Source: Lachnospiraceae bacterium
GTDB taxonomy: Bacteria > Bacillota > Clostridia > Lachnospirales > Lachnospiraceae
NCBI GenBank assembly: GCA_017391545.1
Contig: JAFOYD010000131.1
Coordinates: 1-38,666, forward strand
Direction: 5' to 3'
DNA: 38,666 bases
Shown here: one piece after another, positions 36,734 to 38,666 of the stretch
Layout: each line of letters begins with the position of its first letter
How positions within the stretch are numbered: position 1 is the first letter of the stretch
Notes under the pieces: model-generated
What the model saw: only the letters and a program-made list of their open reading frames with translations
What the model was told of the DNA's origin: nothing
The model's database searches: none
Position numbers and translations under genes: made by a program

Positions 36734-37960
36734 TTATTCCTCAGTCTCCTCCACTGTCTCTGCTGTCAGCTCTACATCGGAAGTCTCTGCATCAGCAGCT
36801 TCTGTATCGGAAATCTCTGAATCAGTCTCCTCATACTCATCTTCCTCATATTCTTCCTCGTAGTAAACATCTCCGTCCTCATCATACATATAATCTTCAT
36901 ACCGGAAACCTTCAGCATCCTTAGCCTGTGTCTCTGACTTAATATCAATCTTGTAGCCTGTCAGTCTTGCAGCAAGTCTTGCATTCTGTCCTTCCTTACC
37001 GATTGCAAGTGAAAGCTGATAGTCTGGAACAACGACCTTGGCTGTCTTTTCATCCGGATCTGCAAATACTGCTACGATCTTAGCTGGAGAGAGCGCATTC
37101 TGTATGAAATTACCAGGATTTTCATCCCAGTTCACAATATCGATCTTCTCACCGCGCAGCTCCTCAACGATTGCATTTACTCTGGCTCCGTTGATACCGA
37201 CACATGCACCGACAGCATCTACATTCGGATTGTTTGTTCTTACTGCCAGTTTTGTACGGCTGCCTGCCTCACGTGCAATGCTCATGATTTCTACTGTTCC
37301 GTCCTTGATTTCTGTTACTTCAGCTTCAAAAAGCCTCTTTACAAGCTCCGGATGTGTTCTGCTGACAAGGATTCTTGGTCCCTTTGGTGTATTTTTTACT
37401 TCAAGAATGTAGACCTTGATATGTTCTGTAGGCTTGAACTCCTCGCCCTTTACCTGCTCTGCCTCATTCAGCATTGCATCTGCCTTTCCAAGATTGATGC
37501 TGATGTTCTTGCCAATGTAGCGCTGTACAATACCTGTCACAACGTCCTTTTCCTTTTCAAAGAACTGATTGTACACAACGCTTCGCTCTTCTTCACGTAT
37601 CTTCTGTAAAATAACGTTCTTTGCATTCTGTGTCGCAATACGTCCAAATTCCTTTGACTTGATCTCGACATTAATTGTGCCACCGATCACTGCGTCTTTG
37701 GAAATCTGAATCGCATCATCAATACAGATCTGCAATACATCATCCTCGACCTCATCATATGTTGCCACGATTTCCTTTGTCGCATATACCAGAAAATCGC
37801 AGGTATCTCTGTCGATCTGTACAGTGATATTATCTGCCTTCCCAAAGTGGTTCTTGCAAGCCGTCAGAAGGGAATTTTCAATCGCTTCAAAAAGCGTTTC
37901 CTTGCTGATTTCCTTCTCTTTTTCAAGAATGTTAAGTGCTTCCATTAATTCCTTGTTCAT
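36734..37960 (-). CDS. nusA: Transcription factor NusA with acidic C-terminal tail
   Basis: FGRIA.Q.AK, VSRTHP, REAGSRTK, VGACVG..G.RV, LSLAIGKEGQNARLAA.LTG.KIDI. Confidence 0.98.
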   Translation of the reverse strand: MNKELMEALNILEKEKEISKETLFEAIENSLLTACKNHFGKADNITVQIDRDTCDFLVYATKEIVATYDEVEDDVLQICIDDAIQISKDAVIGGTINVEIKSKEFGRIATQNAKNVILQKIREEERSVVYNQFFEKEKDVVTGIVQRYIGKNISINLGKADAMLNEAEQVKGEEFKPTEHIKVYILEVKNTPKGPRILVSRTHPELVKRLFEAEVTEIKDGTVEIMSIAREAGSRTKLAVRTNNPNVDAVGACVGINGARVNAIVEELRGEKIDIVNWDENPGNFIQNALSPAKIVAVFADPDEKTAKVVVPDYQLSLAIGKEGQNARLAARLTGYKIDIKSETQAKDAEGFRYEDYMYDEDGDVYYEEEYEEDEYEETDSEISDTEAADAETSDVELTAETVEETEE

Positions 37961-37981
37961 TTTTCCTTTAACCTCCTAAAG

Positions 37982-38458
37982 TTAAAAATCCAGTGTCAAT
38001 CTGACAATTGCTATATCAGCTTTGGCAAAGACCATATCCTTTGTCTCTGAACCGTTTTCTATTTCAATCGTAATGGTATCCTTATCATATGATTTGAGAA
38101 TACCGACAAATTCCTTCTGTTTATCAATCGGCTTATAAGTCCTGATCTCCACCTCTTCGCCAAGGCTCTTTTCCAGGTGTCTGTCTTTTCTGAGCGCCCT
38201 GCCAAGTCCAGGACTTGATACTTCAAGGATGTACGCATCAGGGATAAAGTCCTCTTCATCGAGCTTCTCTGAAAAAGCACGACTGACATTCTCGCAGTCA
38301 ACAATATTTACACCATCAGGCTTATCAATGTATGCCCGAAGATACCAATCGCTTCCTTCCTTTACATACTCAACATCATAGATTTCGCAGCCATTTGCCT
38401 CTACGATTGGTAAAAGCAATGCTTCTGCACGTTCTTCATACGAATCTTTTTTTGCCAT
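37982..38458 (-). CDS. rimP: Ribosome maturation factor RimP
   Basis: LRAYIDKPDGV...DC..VSR, LD..D.I..AYILEVSSPGL.R.L; SD GAGGTG. Confidence 0.97.
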   Translation of the reverse strand: MAKKDSYEERAEALLLPIVEANGCEIYDVEYVKEGSDWYLRAYIDKPDGVNIVDCENVSRAFSEKLDEEDFIPDAYILEVSSPGLGRALRKDRHLEKSLGEEVEIRTYKPIDKQKEFVGILKSYDKDTITIEIENGSETKDMVFAKADIAIVRLTLDF

Positions 38459-38490
38459 TCAGTCACCTCATATCACTCAATTCGTTTCCC

Positions 38491-38523
38491 AAACAAAAGA
38501 GTGGACTCGCAAGTCCACTCTTT
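38491..38523 (-). terminator. rimP leader attenuator hairpin
   Basis: AAAGAGTGGACT-tgcg-AGTCCACTCTTT-TGTTT between the -10 box and the rimP SD; matches the known Firmicutes ylxS/rimP leader terminator style. Confidence 0.8.
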
Positions 38524-38533
38524 ATCTAGCATT

Positions 38534-38564
38534 ATTATACTAATAACTTTATCACTATATGCAA
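38534..38564 (-). promoter_or_regulatory. SigA promoter of the rimP-nusA-infB operon
   Basis: TATAAT (38539-38534); best -35 TTGCAT (38564-38559) has a long 19-bp spacer. Confidence 0.5.
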
Positions 38565-38611
38565 CAAAATGCAATAGCAAAATAAATCTTTTACAATCTT
38601 TTACAAATTTT

Positions 38612-38665
38612 CTATTCTGTACATCTGCCCATCGGAAGCTTGTAGACCTTATCATCATGACCATC
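38612..38665 (-). CDS. Probable 3' end of an upstream gene entering the window
   Basis: Open frame ...DGHDDKVYKLPMGRCTE* ending just before the AT-rich intergenic region; too short to identify. Confidence 0.35.
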   Translation of the reverse strand, partial: DGHDDKVYKLPMGRCTE

Positions 38666-38666
38666 A

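Noticed and set aside
38491-38523. rimP leader hairpin as a novel RNA
   Set aside because: Corresponds to the already known Firmicutes rimP/ylxS leader attenuator; listed as a feature only.
38473-38664. 63-aa minus-strand ORF upstream of rimP as a leader peptide
   Set aside because: It starts at the window edge and crosses the promoter and attenuator; a different frame better explains the upstream gene end.

Overview
Low-GC, spore-forming Clostridia-type chromosome segment (gene content and protein style suggest Lachnospiraceae; inference). Almost all genes are on the minus strand. In transcription order: rimP-nusA-ylxR-ylxQ-infB-rbfA | nrnA(DHH)-truB-ribF | SH3b-NlpC/P60 endopeptidase | rpsO-pnp | spoIIIAA-AH | deoB-prfC-transglutaminase-like lipoprotein | asp23-nusB-xseAB-ispA-dxs-tlyA-nadK-argR-recN | a convergent secreted protein (+) | lipoprotein MFP + RND transporter | spoIVB | a probable mobile-element scar and the 5' end of a PD-(D/E)XK-like gene. 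Most of this is ordinary core genome. I found no CRISPR array, tRNA, rRNA or intact transposase, and I cannot support a clearly new multi-gene system. The best leads are: (1) a promoter plus WalR-type boxes bracketed by two palindromic 32-bp direct repeats in front of the cell-wall hydrolase, one copy supplying the ribF stop codon; (2) a TolC-less RND module whose adaptor has a ~200-residue coiled-coil hairpin; (3) a frameshifted serine-recombinase-like relic where spo0A usually follows spoIVB; (4) a long strand-specific hairpin in the pnp leader. All calls come from reading motifs by eye; no database searches were run.
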